64,000 nucleotides of DNA, from positions 15,438,001 through 15,502,000 of the forward strand of contig CM022677.1 in NCBI GenBank assembly GCA_012295275.1. The letters are read 5' to 3'. Source of the DNA: Chrysomallon squamiferum (taxonomy: Eukaryota; Animalia; Mollusca). This document shows positions 15,131 through 28,914 of the stretch, piece by piece (within the stretch, counting starts at the first letter, position 1; each line of letters starts with the position of its first letter). The notes beneath the pieces were generated by a model, which searched no databases, was not told the DNA's origin, and worked only from the letters and a program-made list of their open reading frames with translations. A program made the translations under genes and the position numbers.

Positions 15131-16132
15131 TGCTGTGCTTATGTTGTTTAATTCATAGAACACGTTAAAATAAGATAAAAAATAATAATAATAAAATGAA
15201 TTATAAATATCTTAAACATTCAGACGCTTACATCAGCAGATGGTGTTCATGCATTTGCAACGAAAAGAATTCAGAATTATATTGTTTCATAAAATATTCA
15301 AAAGCTATAAAAACAAAATAAAAGTTTCTTAAAGATTTTGATATGTAAATGAACAGTCCAACAGATGCACAAGAAAAAGAAATACGTGCTTATAGTATTT
15401 CAAAGAAAATAAAACCGCACATTAAAATAAAAAGATAAATACATAAATGTGTCCTAGAGCACAGAAACAGAGAACGGTGAAAATGATTAAAACAGAGCTG
15501 ACACTACGTGCTAAACAATGCGAAATGTAAAGTAAAATAAAATAAATGTTTTAAACCTGAGTAGACATCAAAGAACACATTCTCCGATGTGCACGACAGA
15601 AACAGACACAGTATTCAGCTAGTTCGTAATAAAATAAGAAAATAAATACAGAGAGAAAAGAGAAGCAGAAAGGAAAAGAAAAAGAAAGAATGAAAACAGA
15701 ATAAAAATAGAAATAATTAATAAAAAAGAAAAAATTACAAAAGCTAATACACTTTGAGAATATAAAATTAAACTTAAAAACAAAATTTAGTATTTAAATA
15801 TTGCCTAATGTTATAAATGGTAATGAATTAAAGAAACGTATTTGAAATTATCGTTAAGTATGTTTATTGCATTATCATGATTACTACGGCCACTACTACT
15901 ATTGATGATACTACTATTACGACTACTACTAGTACCACCACACCTACTACTATATTGTTATTATAAATATTAGCTTTTATTCTACTTCTGCTACTACTAC
16001 TACTATCACCATTATCAACGTCATTATCATATTATCATTATTTTTAATATTGTTATTGTTATTCTTATTGATGCTGTTGCTGCTGTAGTCGCAGTTGTCT
16101 TCTTTTTCTTCTTCTTCTTCTTCTTCTTCTTC

Positions 16133-16163
<31 letters not shown>

Positions 16164-16921
16164 TGTTGTTATTTTATTGTTTAGCTATTGTCGTTGTTTT
16201 TATTGTTATTATTGTTATAGTTATTTTTCTATTTATTATTATATTGTTATTATTGATGTTGTTATAACTATAATTATATTTATTATTTTTATCATTATTA
16301 CTGTTGTTATTGTTGCTGTTCTTGTTATTATTGTTATTGTTATTTTTGAATTACATCAATTATTTTGTTGGTATCATCATCATTATTACTATTGTTGTTG
16401 GTGGTGTTTTTGTTGTTGTCGCTATTGTTATCACATACAGAGAGACAGTCTTTGAGAAAGACTTTAAAACAATTACTCAGAAAATAATAGTGACTAAGTA
16501 ACTCACTAAAGCAGTCAGTGACTTAGTCAAGGTGTGTCTAACATTAACTAGTGACTGCCATGGATGACCGATGAAACGAAGCTTTATTTTTCTTTACAGT
16601 TTCAGCGTAAACCAAGCATGGATTCAATGGGTTAAACGACAGCAAACTTTGTTAAATTTACAGACGATCTTCCCAAGTAATAGCGTCTCTTATTTAAAAA
16701 ATATATATTAAAAAATTAAAATTAACAAACTAAAAATTATTGCAAACATCTTCCTATTTTTCTCACCTCAAATTTACCTAGGATCAGGTCCGTCTGCCTT
16801 GTGTTGCCACCAACCCTTGCAGACCACAGGGCCTTAATGAGTCCTAACCATAATAACAATAACGAACTAAAACTTGAAAATAATCCCTGTTTGCACTTTC
16901 AATAACAACAACAACAACAAA

Positions 16922-16952
<31 letters not shown>

Positions 16953-17036
16953 AACAAGAACAAGAACAATAACAAACACACAAACAAGCAGTTGCCTGTC
17001 TCTCTCTCTCTACTGATGTTTGTTATGTGTGTGTGT

Positions 17037-17652
17037 CTAGTGTGATCCAGTCCAGTGGATCGTATTCGCAAACGAAGCCCATGTTTTGTTGTTGCAGTTT
17101 GTGTCAATCCACTGCCAGTACCTGGAAGATTTTGTTACAAACGCACAATCTTCACCTCCCCCCCGCGTTATTCGGTTCCTTCTCAGCCCAGTTCGTGTAA
17201 TCAAGCTCTTCTCGAGAATGTCGGCTAAACCCACACATTTCCCTTCAAACTGAGTGTCAGTCATTCCAAGCCAGTAATCAGTAACGTCTAAAAAAATATA
17301 ATAAAATAAAACAAATGTTTTATTAAACGATGATACTCTTGTTAGCGGTATTAGTACTAGTAGTAGCAGCCTTAGTAGAAGTAATACTATTAGTACCAAT
17401 AGTAGTAGTAGTTATAGCAATAGTAGTAGCAGCCTTAGTAGAAGTAATACTATTAGTACCAATAGTAGTAGTAGTTGTAGCAATAGTAGTAGCAGCCTTA
17501 GTAGAAGTAATACTATTAGTACCAATAGTAGTAGTAGCTATAGCAATACTAGAAGCGGCAACGAATATATGGTACGAAAATGTACCTAGCTTTAGCAATT
17601 AGTTGTTGTTGTTTATTGTTGTTGTTGTTATTATTATTGAACATTATTATTA

Positions 17653-17688
<36 letters not shown>

Positions 17689-17705
17689 TACTACTACTAT
17701 TGTTG

Positions 17706-17757
<52 letters not shown>

Positions 17758-17947
17758 TATTACTACTATTATTATTATTATTATTACTATTGTTGTCAGT
17801 ATTATATTATTACTACTAGTCTAAATGATAATCTGAAATATGAAAATAGTTACGGCTGTGACGTAGATACAGCTCTGTGGTGAGGTCTTTGTTTTCACAC
17901 AAAGATGAGAAAATCATCAGATACCAGTTCATAGACCTGCAGTAATC
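17037..17947 (-). pseudogene. Second C-type lectin copy (EPN/WID type), frameshifted and lacking visible 5' exons; exons 17947-17854 and 17287-~17037
   Basis: A 94-nt exon DYCRSMNWYLMIFSSLCENKDLTTELYLRHS has the same size and phase as in the intact paralog. The last exon reads HVTDYWLGMTDTQFEGK..(fs)ELDYTNWAEKEPNNAGG(fs)EDCAFVTKSSRYWQWIDTNCNN(fs)MGFVCEYDPLDWITL. Confidence 0.85.
17355..17550. repeat. 63-bp tandem repeat x3 in the lectin-2 intron
   Basis: Unit gcagccttagtagaagtaatactattagtaccaatagtagtagtagttatagcaatagtagta. Confidence 0.92.
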
Positions 17948-18184
17948 CTGAATAATAATAATGATGACAACAACAACAATAATAATAATAATAACCGTAA
18001 CAAAAGCAATAACAATAACAATAATAATAATAATAATAATAATAATGTGGAAGACACTCAATATTTTTCATGCGCATTCTTAAAAGTTGATTCATTATTC
18101 ATTATTGCAGGTGTATTATACCAGATAATGAAAAATTAGTCTTATTATTTATTTATTTACTTATTTATTATGCGAAATAATATG

Positions 18185-19215
18185 AACTAATATTGTTAAT
18201 TAAAAAAGAAGACCTGTATTTTTCAATACATAATATTATCGCTGCTCCTCTGTTTAAAACATAAAACATGTAACATATATAGTGATGGCGGTACTGAAGT
18301 TACTTATTTTCGTAATGCCTTGTAAAATTACTCTTACTTAGCTTTCCAGTGAAACGTGTTCTGATGTTAATAAAATGAAACATAAAATGGACATTTTGGA
18401 TTTTACGTATAAGTCTACTGTGGTTTATAAAAAAAACGCCAACCCGAAACCCCGATCTACATTTCTGTTTCACAGTAAATTCACACCTGCAAAGTTTACT
18501 ATAATGATACAGTATAAACATAAGAAAGAACAACAACTACAATAGTACTATAAAAACATTTTAATCTTTATGCGATTTCAATACTTTTCAATATCCATTA
18601 CATTTCAAGTATTAACATCATCGCTCCAGTCTGGATGTCAATATATTTTATGACGTAGCTATAGCTTCACACAGACAAGTAACCTGGAGATATCCACTTT
18701 TCAATCCTCTTTGTTGACAAACAGAACATGATGTTACATTTTTGAAAATATAAATTGTCATATTATTATACAGTTAAAACTAAATCTCTAAAACTGAATT
18801 AAAAAAACAACAACATAATATGCTGCAGGGAAAGAGAGTTATGTACCCTTTTCTCAACAGTAGCTGACGAGTTGATAGATGGCTTATATTCTACTGGAAT
18901 AATTTAGAAACTGAGAAATATAGCGAGTTAGGTTTCCAGATTCATGTTTTTAATACATACTATTACCGCTTCGCCTCTGTTAACAAACATAAAACATGTA
19001 ACATAAATAGTGATGGCGGTTCTTATTTTCATAACGCCGTGTAAAATTACACCTTCTTAGCTTTTCAGTGAAACATGTTAATAAAATGTCACATTAGTAT
19101 GGAAGTGTTCTCGACATTTTGGATTTCACATAAAATTCTACTGTTGTTTATAAAAACACGCTAACCCGAAACCCCAATCTATATTTCTGAATGTACACAG
19201 AGTTTTCACAGTAAA
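18185..19215. repeat. Diverged dispersed repeat; two local copies (~18185-18500, ~18955-19215) related to 32590-32780 (-) and 54530-54720 (+)
   Basis: Shared tracts: ctaatattgttaattaaaaaagaa...ctgtatttt, tattaccgct...ctctgtt, taacgccgtgtaaa, cagtgaaacatgtt. Confidence 0.7.
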
Positions 19216-19426
19216 ATCATACAGTAAAAAATGATCGAATATTGTTTTTTCGTGGGGTGTTTTCGTGTTGTTTTTTTGTCTCTTCCTGACAGCAGCAGTA
19301 ATAGAAGAAAGAATCATTTTTAAATTCCGGGAAGAGAGTTGGATATATTTTAGAAATATACTTTTTCTAAGCCGGAGTCAGTGAATTAGTTTTGTGGTAA
19401 TTAATTTTTAACAAGTATATTTTAAG

Positions 19427-19541
19427 AAATTTGGTACTTGCTAATCCTATACAACGGCGAGTGTTTTGTGAAGAAACGTTTGGGTGAAACTTGTGAAGAC
19501 AAGTCGGGCTGTGCAGACGTGCAGCTGACAGTCTGGATAAC
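19427..19541 (+). pseudogene. Possible isolated Cys-rich exon relic (EB-module-like)
   Basis: Bounded by ttttaag and gtaatt. Reads KFGTC*..(fs)NGECFVKKRLGETCEDKSGCADV, with 'C...K.LGE.C.....C' spacing. Confidence 0.3.
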
Positions 19542-21372
19542 GTAATTCATTTAAAAAAATAATCTGTTGGCCAGTTTTGTTCTTTCAAAATCAGTGTCGA
19601 GTCATGATAAAAATCGTATTGGAGTATTTAGTGAAACACGAAACTTTGACGTACAGTGAAGTTTTCTAGACATAATTTTTGACGCTGGACAGAGTTTGCT
19701 TTCTATAAACAAATAAGATTTCAGTTTTATATGAATAAACTGAGATTCAGTCAACATTAACATGATATAGTATAAAAAATATGTGCCGGAAATAATCATT
19801 TTATTTCCTTTCTTACTTTTTTCTTTTTCCCTTATTTCAGTAGTTTTTCTTAATTATTATTTTATATATAATTTTAATTAATATTATTGTAGTTATTGTT
19901 GTTTTTACAAAAATAAATAAATAAAGAAATAAATATAATTTTAATTTTAATACCGACAGTGCTGCACAGTTTAAATAGTTGATAAAGGATATTTAGACAT
20001 AATATGTAGACGAGAATAGCCAGGTTAATCTGCTATTTTAAAAGCTTCAGGTGAGGTTTTATTAATAACTGGAGAAGAAACATTAAGATTTACTTGACAA
20101 TAAAGACAATATTGTTATGTTTTAATAGGATGAATAACTTTCGTCTAGCTTTCTAAAAAATCCTCGTATCTCATAAAACACTAGTTCAGGAGGACAGGCA
20201 TGTTTTCTATGATGTAACTTTAGAATTTTCAATATAAGATTTCTCCTAGTACGTGAAATTATCAGTATTTTGTATGATGCAAACAGAGGAGAACAATAAA
20301 ACATCACGTTATTTTCACTCAGAATCAGTTTATGGTAACAAATAAATGGCGCTGGTTTTTGTATTAATGTGAATTACGTTACTTTTTATTCAAATAGAAA
20401 ACGCCGCTTATCCCTGTGAATTTTAATTTTAATATCGTTTTGCTAAGCAAAATCAAATTTTGTGATTCAAGTAAAGTGTAACTTCTCACGTGTTCAGTAT
20501 TAACAGTTATTTGTTTCTGAATTTACAAGTCGAGCGCTGTAAAATGCCACTATAAAATAAAAGATCAGATAATGATTAATGTGATATTTTATTAACAGTA
20601 GAACAAATTACACTAAAAGGCTCTGCATCACTCTGAAAACTGAGCTTTTAGTTTATAAGAATCCATTCATTTTTGTTGATAACTTGATAATAAATGATGT
20701 TAAGGTACAATGTTTATGTTGTCAACATGAGCGCAGTTTTCACATGTAATTTGAAATTGAACATTTACTTTATTAATATCATGAAGATTATTCTTGAAAA
20801 GCCGATAATATTCCTTTAGCTGTATCCAAGATTATACTGACAGTTATATATATTATCAACATTTGTTACGATGCAAAACAGAGGTAAACTTAATAAAATA
20901 TCAATGTAAACGGTGGTACATTTACTAAGATAAAATTTGTTTTAGAGAGACAGAAAAAGATATGATCAGTGTGAGTTTCTTTTATTTATTACTGTGATAT
21001 GTAGAACTACAGAGATGCTGTGAGAGTAATATTCTACATCTTAAAAAAAAGGTGACATTGCAGGAAACTGTCAGATTAATGTTATTATACTGGTAATTAA
21101 TCCTCTAATTACTAATGTATTCTGAAGTAAAGTTAATAATAAATATATATCACTATCTCACTGATTAACATTGTATAACGCACTACAAATAAAGAAAATA
21201 ACACGTTATTTTTTAATCAGTCTCAATTCTATTCGTAGGATTAAGAAAAGAAAATATATATTTATATAAAAAATAAACAATAAAAGAAAAGAAAGAAAAA
21301 GAAGTAATATAAAAAAGAAAGATTAAGCTTATCGAGAAGCACAGTTTATAAGGGAAAAATGTAGAATCAAAA

Positions 21373-23080
21373 AAAGTAATATGAGATTTTATATTCATGT
21401 CAAAATCTTCACCTTTTCCTGTGTTTTTAATTTAAAAAAAAAAAAAAAAAAAAAATTCCACTCAACATTGTCTTCGCTTCAGAAACTTGTTTTACATGGT
21501 AGACTGTAAAACTAATGACGTAATGGAGACCTCGCGTGACACTTTTCAAATACGTTTTACTCCATTTTTATTATTGAATGATAAATGAAGATTTTAAATA
21601 AGAAATATTCAACTTGTTGATAATATTATATAAAACCAAAGCAGATATCATAAAAAGAAACGGAAACACAATTTTACAATCAACATTGCAAAAGTAATTT
21701 AAAATGATTAATTTTAAAACGAATACACAACACTGAAACAGTAAGTTAGATAGGAGATACACTGAAAGCATATAAACACAAAGATAAAGATAGCACAATA
21801 ATAATAATAACTAGTTTGGACTGTTCATAGAGAGAAGCATGCGGCGACAGAAAAATTGTTAAAACTGTGTAGAATTTATGGATTGATAGAGAAACACATG
21901 GACAGATGTGGGTATATATATTTGTATATATATTTGTTAGATAAAGAAAATTGGTATATATATATATATACCAACTCACAAGTTCTGTATATGTGTGTGT
22001 GTGTACTGAAGGAAATTAGAATTTTTGTATGCGTTGTGTGAGGCATGGGTATGTAGGAGAAATAGATGCAGACACAGATACAGAGAGAAAGACAGACAGA
22101 TGTGAATGTGAAAGGATGAGTTGGTACATACATGTTATCTGTGAGAAAGAGTTAATGTGTTTGTTGTCAGAGAACTTCTGTATGTGAAAGACAATGTCCT
22201 TGTTTATGAATAAATAAATACAAGTTCTAAGTGTTTTGATTGTTGTTTGGTTTAAACAAATATTGTTTTTGAATTGTTGAAAATTAGTTAAAAGATATTA
22301 GAAAAAAGCTGAAATGAATCAGGCTAAAAAATAATTTGAGCTCTATTAAAACCAATATTTAAAACAAAGAAAAATAATTTGCTGTAATTTTTATTTTAAA
22401 GAAAATTAAAATTAAAAAGTGTATGTATATAATAATAATAATACTAATAAAATTAAAATGTTTAAAATTAATTTGCTTCATTATGGCCTCATTATGACAG
22501 TCTCTGTCATCAAATAAAAGTGAAATGGGTTCATAATACAAAATCTTAAATGCATACGTCACTAGAATTCATTACTGGAATGCATTCTTACAAAAAGTTG
22601 AGTTTAGTTTTATCTTAAAATGCCATTGTAATTATGCTTCCTATTTAATAAACTTTAGTTTGATTAGTAACATTATGCACAGTGATCTTGACTGATTAAG
22701 ATTTATAGTGTGTATGTTGTATGAGAATTCACTGATGTTATTCAAGGGGAAATTGGAAAAGAAAGATTTTAAGCGAAATAGGACATTTACAATAATTAAG
22801 TAATAATAATAAATCAAATCAACCAACAAATAATGGAAACTGGTTCTTTTGAAACTGCTGAATTTAATATTGGAATATTTTGCTCCCAATTTTTTTTATA
22901 TTTTTTTATATAGAATTAGCCGAATTCATCTGAAAGTAGTAAACCGAGTTTAGCTCAGTCTTTCTTGTTTATTTACAAACACGTTAAATAGTGTTATTTC
23001 CATTAGACCATTAATGCATATGCAATGTCATATCTATTAATGGTCTAAGGGAAATAACTCTATTTAACGGGTTTGTAAAT

Positions 23081-23116
<36 letters not shown>

Positions 23117-23631
23117 TAAAGAATGCCATTCAGCATCATTAGTGTTGATTCTAGTGCTTTGATTGTTTTCATAAAATCGACAAGATGTGTATATATATAT
23201 AAATAAAATAATGATTAAATCAGATTATCTTTTGCTGGTTGACAACAAATACTGAAGAGATTGATCAGTATATACATAATAAAAATAAAAACTCACAGAC
23301 TATTCTTTATTTATTTATTTTTGTTTTAAGAAACTGAAAAACATTTCAGCATGATTTTCCATTTTGATTATTGTTTTTGATTATTGATTTAATTTACCTT
23401 CGAAACATTAAATACCATTTTGTACTTATTATTATTTGAAGTACAATGTGTACACTGGATGTTCTGATCACATTGACAATGCAGTCTCTTGGAGATCACT
23501 GAGTAGTCAAAATTATTTCCCTTCAGATTTCTCTTTTTTTTCCATGATTTTCTCAATATGTATAAATTCAAGTTAGATTGATTTTATTGTCTTATATTTC
23601 AGTCAGATTTTCTCTTGAAAGTGTTTCTCTG
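21373..23631. repeat. Outer inverted-duplication arm (mirror of 61705-64000)
   Basis: Near-identical reverse complement. For example, ORFs 22641-22889(-) and 62498-62737(+) are the same sequence. The match runs to the window end. Confidence 0.97.
22971..23080. mobile_element. 110-bp hairpin/MITE-like element with 45-bp arms and a 20-nt loop
   Basis: atttacaaacacgttaaatagtgttatttccattagaccattaat pairs with the reverse complement of 23036-23080 (atttacaaacccgttaaatagagttatttcccttagaccattaat) with 3 mismatches. A mirror copy is at 62307-62416. Confidence 0.85.
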
Positions 23632-24638
23632 TAACTATGATAATAAAAATAAACATACAGATTATCAGATAAATGAAGAACACTGAATGGATGTTTGTTA
23701 TGTTTCAACATGGACTCCACAGACTGAGTTATTAACACATCCGTAATCCAATTGGCTGAACGCTTGAGCTTGTGAGTAGGATTTCTGGTTGCTTGACAGA
23801 CAGGGTCAAGGTCTGCATCAGCCAATGAGATCCAACACTTAAAGCTGTCACATGACTGGTAGAGTTTCTAAAATTAGATTAATCAAGAAACTTGATTTAT
23901 AAACTGAATTTAATTTTTAAGGAAGTTAGTGTTTATCTATGTGTGTTTATTTATATTCTTAATGCAGAAATAATCAAATTACATTAATTATTTAAAAACA
24001 TTTCCAAAATTAAACTCAGTAATGGTTACTTTTAATGAATCAAATGGCTACTACTGACCACAAATGGCTTTCAAAGCATCTGTTCCAGCTGTTCTCAACC
24101 CATCTAAGTTAATGGTTGCTAGCTGAGTCAGTGACATCAACAAAGGTAATTGTCCAAAAGTACTAGAGTTTAGTTTCGCTTTTCTTAAACTGACATGTTT
24201 CAAGTTTGTAAATTTCTCTGTGGCCAGTTTCTTTGTACTCTGTCAGCTTTGTTCATTCCGTATGTGAGCCTTTCAACAGAACTCTGAACTGCTTCATCTT
24301 CATAAAAAAGAAAAAGAAAAAAATTAAAAATCATTCATGTTTCATATACATACTGAAACACATACTGAAACACACATAGAAAAAGCTAGCAAATACACAT
24401 ACATAGACACACACAGACAGACAGACAGAAACTCAGAAACAAACACACCAACTAACCCTAAATACCAACAACAGATGAGAAATACACTGAGATGCCAGAC
24501 ACAGACACAAACAGAATGACAAAGAATGAATGAGAAAGAAAGAGAGAGTGTTAAGTAGAATGAGGTTGATAATTATGGATAAAGAAAAAAATAGAAAAGA
24601 AAAATATACAGACAGAAAGTTTGTGGAGGAGTAAAAAC

Positions 24639-24709
<71 letters not shown>

Positions 24710-24912
24710 CAAAGAGCATGAGAATAAAGACAAAAAGGAAACAAGCAGTTTTTATATATTTAATACACATATGTAAATGAAAAATAATATCAAGAAACTT
24801 GGCAACTGTATTTTAACTATCAGCAAAAAAAGAAAAAACAAAAAGAAGAAAACATATGATAATGAGAAATTTGTCAGATCTAAATAGTTAGAAATTGAAA
24901 TACATGTGTGTA

Positions 24913-24953
<41 letters not shown>

Positions 24954-25590
24954 CAGAGAGAGAGAGACAGGTTAATAAGATATAATAATATACAAATCTA
25001 AATTAATTATCAACAGTAAGTGTTTGATTTTTAACTTTTGCATCATTCAGATGAAAAGCAGTCATCTTTGGATGATTGAAAAAAGCAGTACACAATTTAA
25101 TGATCCCAGCTGGCCATTACAAACAAATAATAACAAATAATAATAATAATAATTTACAATATGTAGAATCTACATAAGCAGAAAATAATTGATTTATTAT
25201 TATTGAAATGTAGTTAGTAGAAGTAGATAAATGTTTTAATAGTAGTAATAGTATCAACAGCTGTAGTAGTAGTAGTAGTAACAGCAGCAGCAGAATTCAT
25301 AGTTGTGCTATTAATGGTAACAATACTAGAAGTAGTAATAGTTTAAGTATTAATAGTACTAATAGTAGTAATAGTGGTAATAGTTGTAGTATTAGTAGTA
25401 ACTGTTCTAGTTGTAACTCTTGTAGAATTAGCTTAGGTCATATAGTAGTAGTAAATACAACAAGAAGATGTAGTAAATAACAGGAGCCACCACTGTAGTA
25501 GTAGTAGTAGTAGTAGTAGCAGATGTAATAATGGTAGTAAATATAATATAATTAACATAGTATAAATAACAACAGTAGAAATAGCAGTAA

Positions 25591-25835
25591 GAGACATAGT
25601 GGTACATAGATATATAATACTGGTAATAGCTTTAGTGTGTTGAAAGTCACTTTACTAGTTTTTTCAGTAGTAGGAGACATAGTGGTACATAGATATATAA
25701 TACTGGTAATAGCTTTAGTGTCTTGAAAGTCACTTTACTTGTTTTTTCAGTAGTAGGAGACATAGTGGTACATAGATATATAATACTGGTAATAGCTTTA
25801 GTGTCTTGAAAGTCACTTTACTATTTTTTTCAGTA
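25591..25835. repeat. 83-bp tandem repeat x3
   Basis: gagacatagtggtacatagatatataatactggtaatagctttagtgtcttgaaagtcactttac... starts at 25591, 25674, 25757. Confidence 0.95.
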
Positions 25836-26112
25836 ATAGAATAACAGTGACAGGAACAGAAGTAGCAATATTAGTAGCTAATTGATACTACTGGACAATT
25901 ACATATACTACTAATAACAATAACAATAACAATAACAATATTAATAATAACACAAACAATAATAATAATAATGGCAACAGTAATAATAATAATAATAAGA
26001 AGAAGAAGAAGAAGAAGAGAAAACAAGAAGTTGTTTTTCACAGTAATACATAAATATAAAATAATTTCTTGTTATTAAGTTTTATTATTATTATTATTAC
26101 TATTATTGTTAC

Positions 26113-26143
<31 letters not shown>

Positions 26144-26549
26144 GTAAAACAGTTATAATTAAGATTACTCACAGCACTCTCAGTGTCTGTTTTGTTGGTG
26201 GCGAGGCTAAGGAAGATCACTGTTGTGTTAGAACACATTGCCAAACACACAGCTCGGAAAGCCTGGGGTCCAAAACTGTTTCCTGATAAATTTAAGACCT
26301 AGCTAAAAAAAAAAAATAAATAAACAAAAATAAAGGTGTTAATAGTTAATGAAAATATAGAATACTAAATTATTCAGTAGGTTGTAGTATTAAATAAAAT
26401 AATGAAAAGGTTGATAATATTTAATGTGAATATTGTGTAATTCAGTATGTTTATCTTCTAAATAAATTAAAAATACTAACAAAATAAATAAATAAATAAA
26501 TGATAAATACATACATAGACAGAGAGAGAGAGAAGACAGATAGAAAGAT

Positions 26550-26591
<42 letters not shown>

Positions 26592-26894
26592 ACTGTCTAC
26601 TGTCTAGAGCATTTTTATAAATTAAAACTATAAAAATATTTAAAATAATTTAAATAACTGATTCTTAAGCAATTTATGTTCAGAATTATCAAAAGAGAAC
26701 TTACAGAAAGATTCTATATAACATTTTCTTTCTTTGTTATACTTCAAAAATATTACAACTTTGACAATAATTGTTAAAAAACATAAAGAAAAGAAAGGAA
26801 GAAAAACGAAAGAAAACTAAAAACTTGACAATTAGGAACAAATAAGAAATAATATATAAAGACACAGATTGACATACAGATGAACAGATAAGTA

Positions 26895-27120
26895 AATAGA
26901 GACATAGGTATATAGAGAGGTATACACACAAACAGAAGAACAGAGAGAGATTGATATAAACTAAATACATAGAGACATAGGTATATAGACAGGTATACAC
27001 ACAAACAGAAGAACAGAGAGAGATTGATATAAAATAAATACATAGAGACATAGGTATATAGACAGGTATACACATAAACAGAAGAACAGAGAGAGATTGA
27101 TATAAACTAAATAAATAGAG
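26895..27120. repeat. ~72-bp tandem repeat x3
   Basis: atagagacataggtatatagacaggtatacacacaaacagaagaacagagagagattgatataaa is repeated. Confidence 0.9.
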
Positions 27121-28864
27121 AGCAGACAGAAAGAGAAAAAGACAGATAGACTAAGACATATTTACAGACATATTTACCTGAAATTTTTTAAAAGGTTTTT
27201 AACTGACTAAGTGGATATGAGACTAGCTTGTGGCAGTTTAAGTCTTGGTCTGGCTGCTTTCAACAAAAATTCAAAAAAAAAAATTCACTAGAAGATTAGT
27301 CAGTCGAATCACATGATCAAACATTTTCTGTTTGCTTTATTTCTTAGACATTAGTTTTACTGAAATACCTCTGGCAATGGGTGGTGGTGTTTCTGGTTTC
27401 TTTTCTAGTGTGTCTGGATGTTTCTTGGCACAGGAGTTTGAGTTTTTAGTGCTTGGTGTGGTGTTGTCAGTTTGTCTTGAGATTTATGGTGGTACTGGTG
27501 TTGTTGGTGCCAACTGTTTGTTTTTCAGTTCTGTGGAAATAAAAAAACAAAAATAGAAAGAAAATAAATTATATATATATATATATATGTTAAGAGAAAT
27601 GCAGACCTTCAAATTAAGAAAAACCATGTCTGTGAATATAAATACAACTGTCACAAAAAATGTCTCCAAACCATAGGAAACTATTTAAAGTACACTAATA
27701 GTAACAAACAAGTTATCAGAATAATACTGGTTCTAAAAAATTACTAATAATAATAACTTTCAGAGAACAGAACATCAACACTAGTAACAGAAATATTCAT
27801 TCTCTGAGATATTACTAGGTTAAAAGGTTTTATTAAAATACTGAAAAGAAAAAAGTCTGCTCCCCACTGAATAAAAAGAAACATGAAGAAGAAATATAAT
27901 AATAAAAATAATTATAACTTGCTTGTAAAAAAAAAATAATAATTACAATAATAATAATAATAAATAAATAATAAAATAAAAGAATTTGAATTAGTAGAAT
28001 GTAGAAAAGTAACTAAAAAGATGGAGATGCAGTTAAGAGATGGAAATATTAATACAATAAATGCATAAATAAATGAATAAATAAATCAATACTATAGTTA
28101 AAATTATAATAATAATAATATAAATACATACATATACATACAGTAATAATAAAAAATAAGAATTCTAATTCTTTAAATAAAATGAGCAGGAGAAAAAATT
28201 CAAACAAAACAAAAAAATTCATTAAAATAAAAATTAAGAATTTAAAATATGAAGAAACAAAAAGAAAGAATAAAAAGAACTATGTACAGAAACTGGGAGA
28301 CTGAAAAATAAAAAGTAAATTGTATATTTCAAAAATCTTGCTTATTAAAATAACTGGACATGAATACAGACAAGAGGAACACACAAGAAAAAAAGAAGAT
28401 TATGAAGAAACTACAATGTAGAAAAATAACAAGAAACTACAATGTAGAAAAATAACAAGAAACAATAATCATGGTAAATAGGTTAAAAAAATAAACAATA
28501 AAATAACTTTAAAGAAAACACAAAAATTCAAACAAATAGAAACAATATGAAGAAATATGAATAAACACAGGATAAGAAGAAACAAGAAGAATAAAACTAA
28601 AAGACAAGAAGAATTACACAGAAACACATATACACCCACACCCACACACTGATATATAGTTAAAATACATAAAACTAATAAATTAAATAAATAAATTATA
28701 GAAAAAGATAGAAAAATAATAAAATGTCATAAAATAAAATATTACTGAAATAGTAACAAAATAAAGATATAATACAAATTACAGAGACCAAATGAAAAGA
28801 ATTTTGAAATAAAAAAGAAAGATAAATTAAATGTTGATGATGATATGATTATTATTAGTAGTAA

Positions 28865-28914
<50 letters not shown>

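Noticed and set aside
16177-17824. Hydrophobic 'membrane protein' or Thr-rich mucin ORFs
   Set aside because: They derive from trinucleotide microsatellites and the 63-bp intronic repeat.
22359-22889. ORFs 'conserved' between 22 kb and 62-63 kb
   Set aside because: Conservation only reflects the recent inverted duplication; they have non-ATG starts and AT-biased composition.
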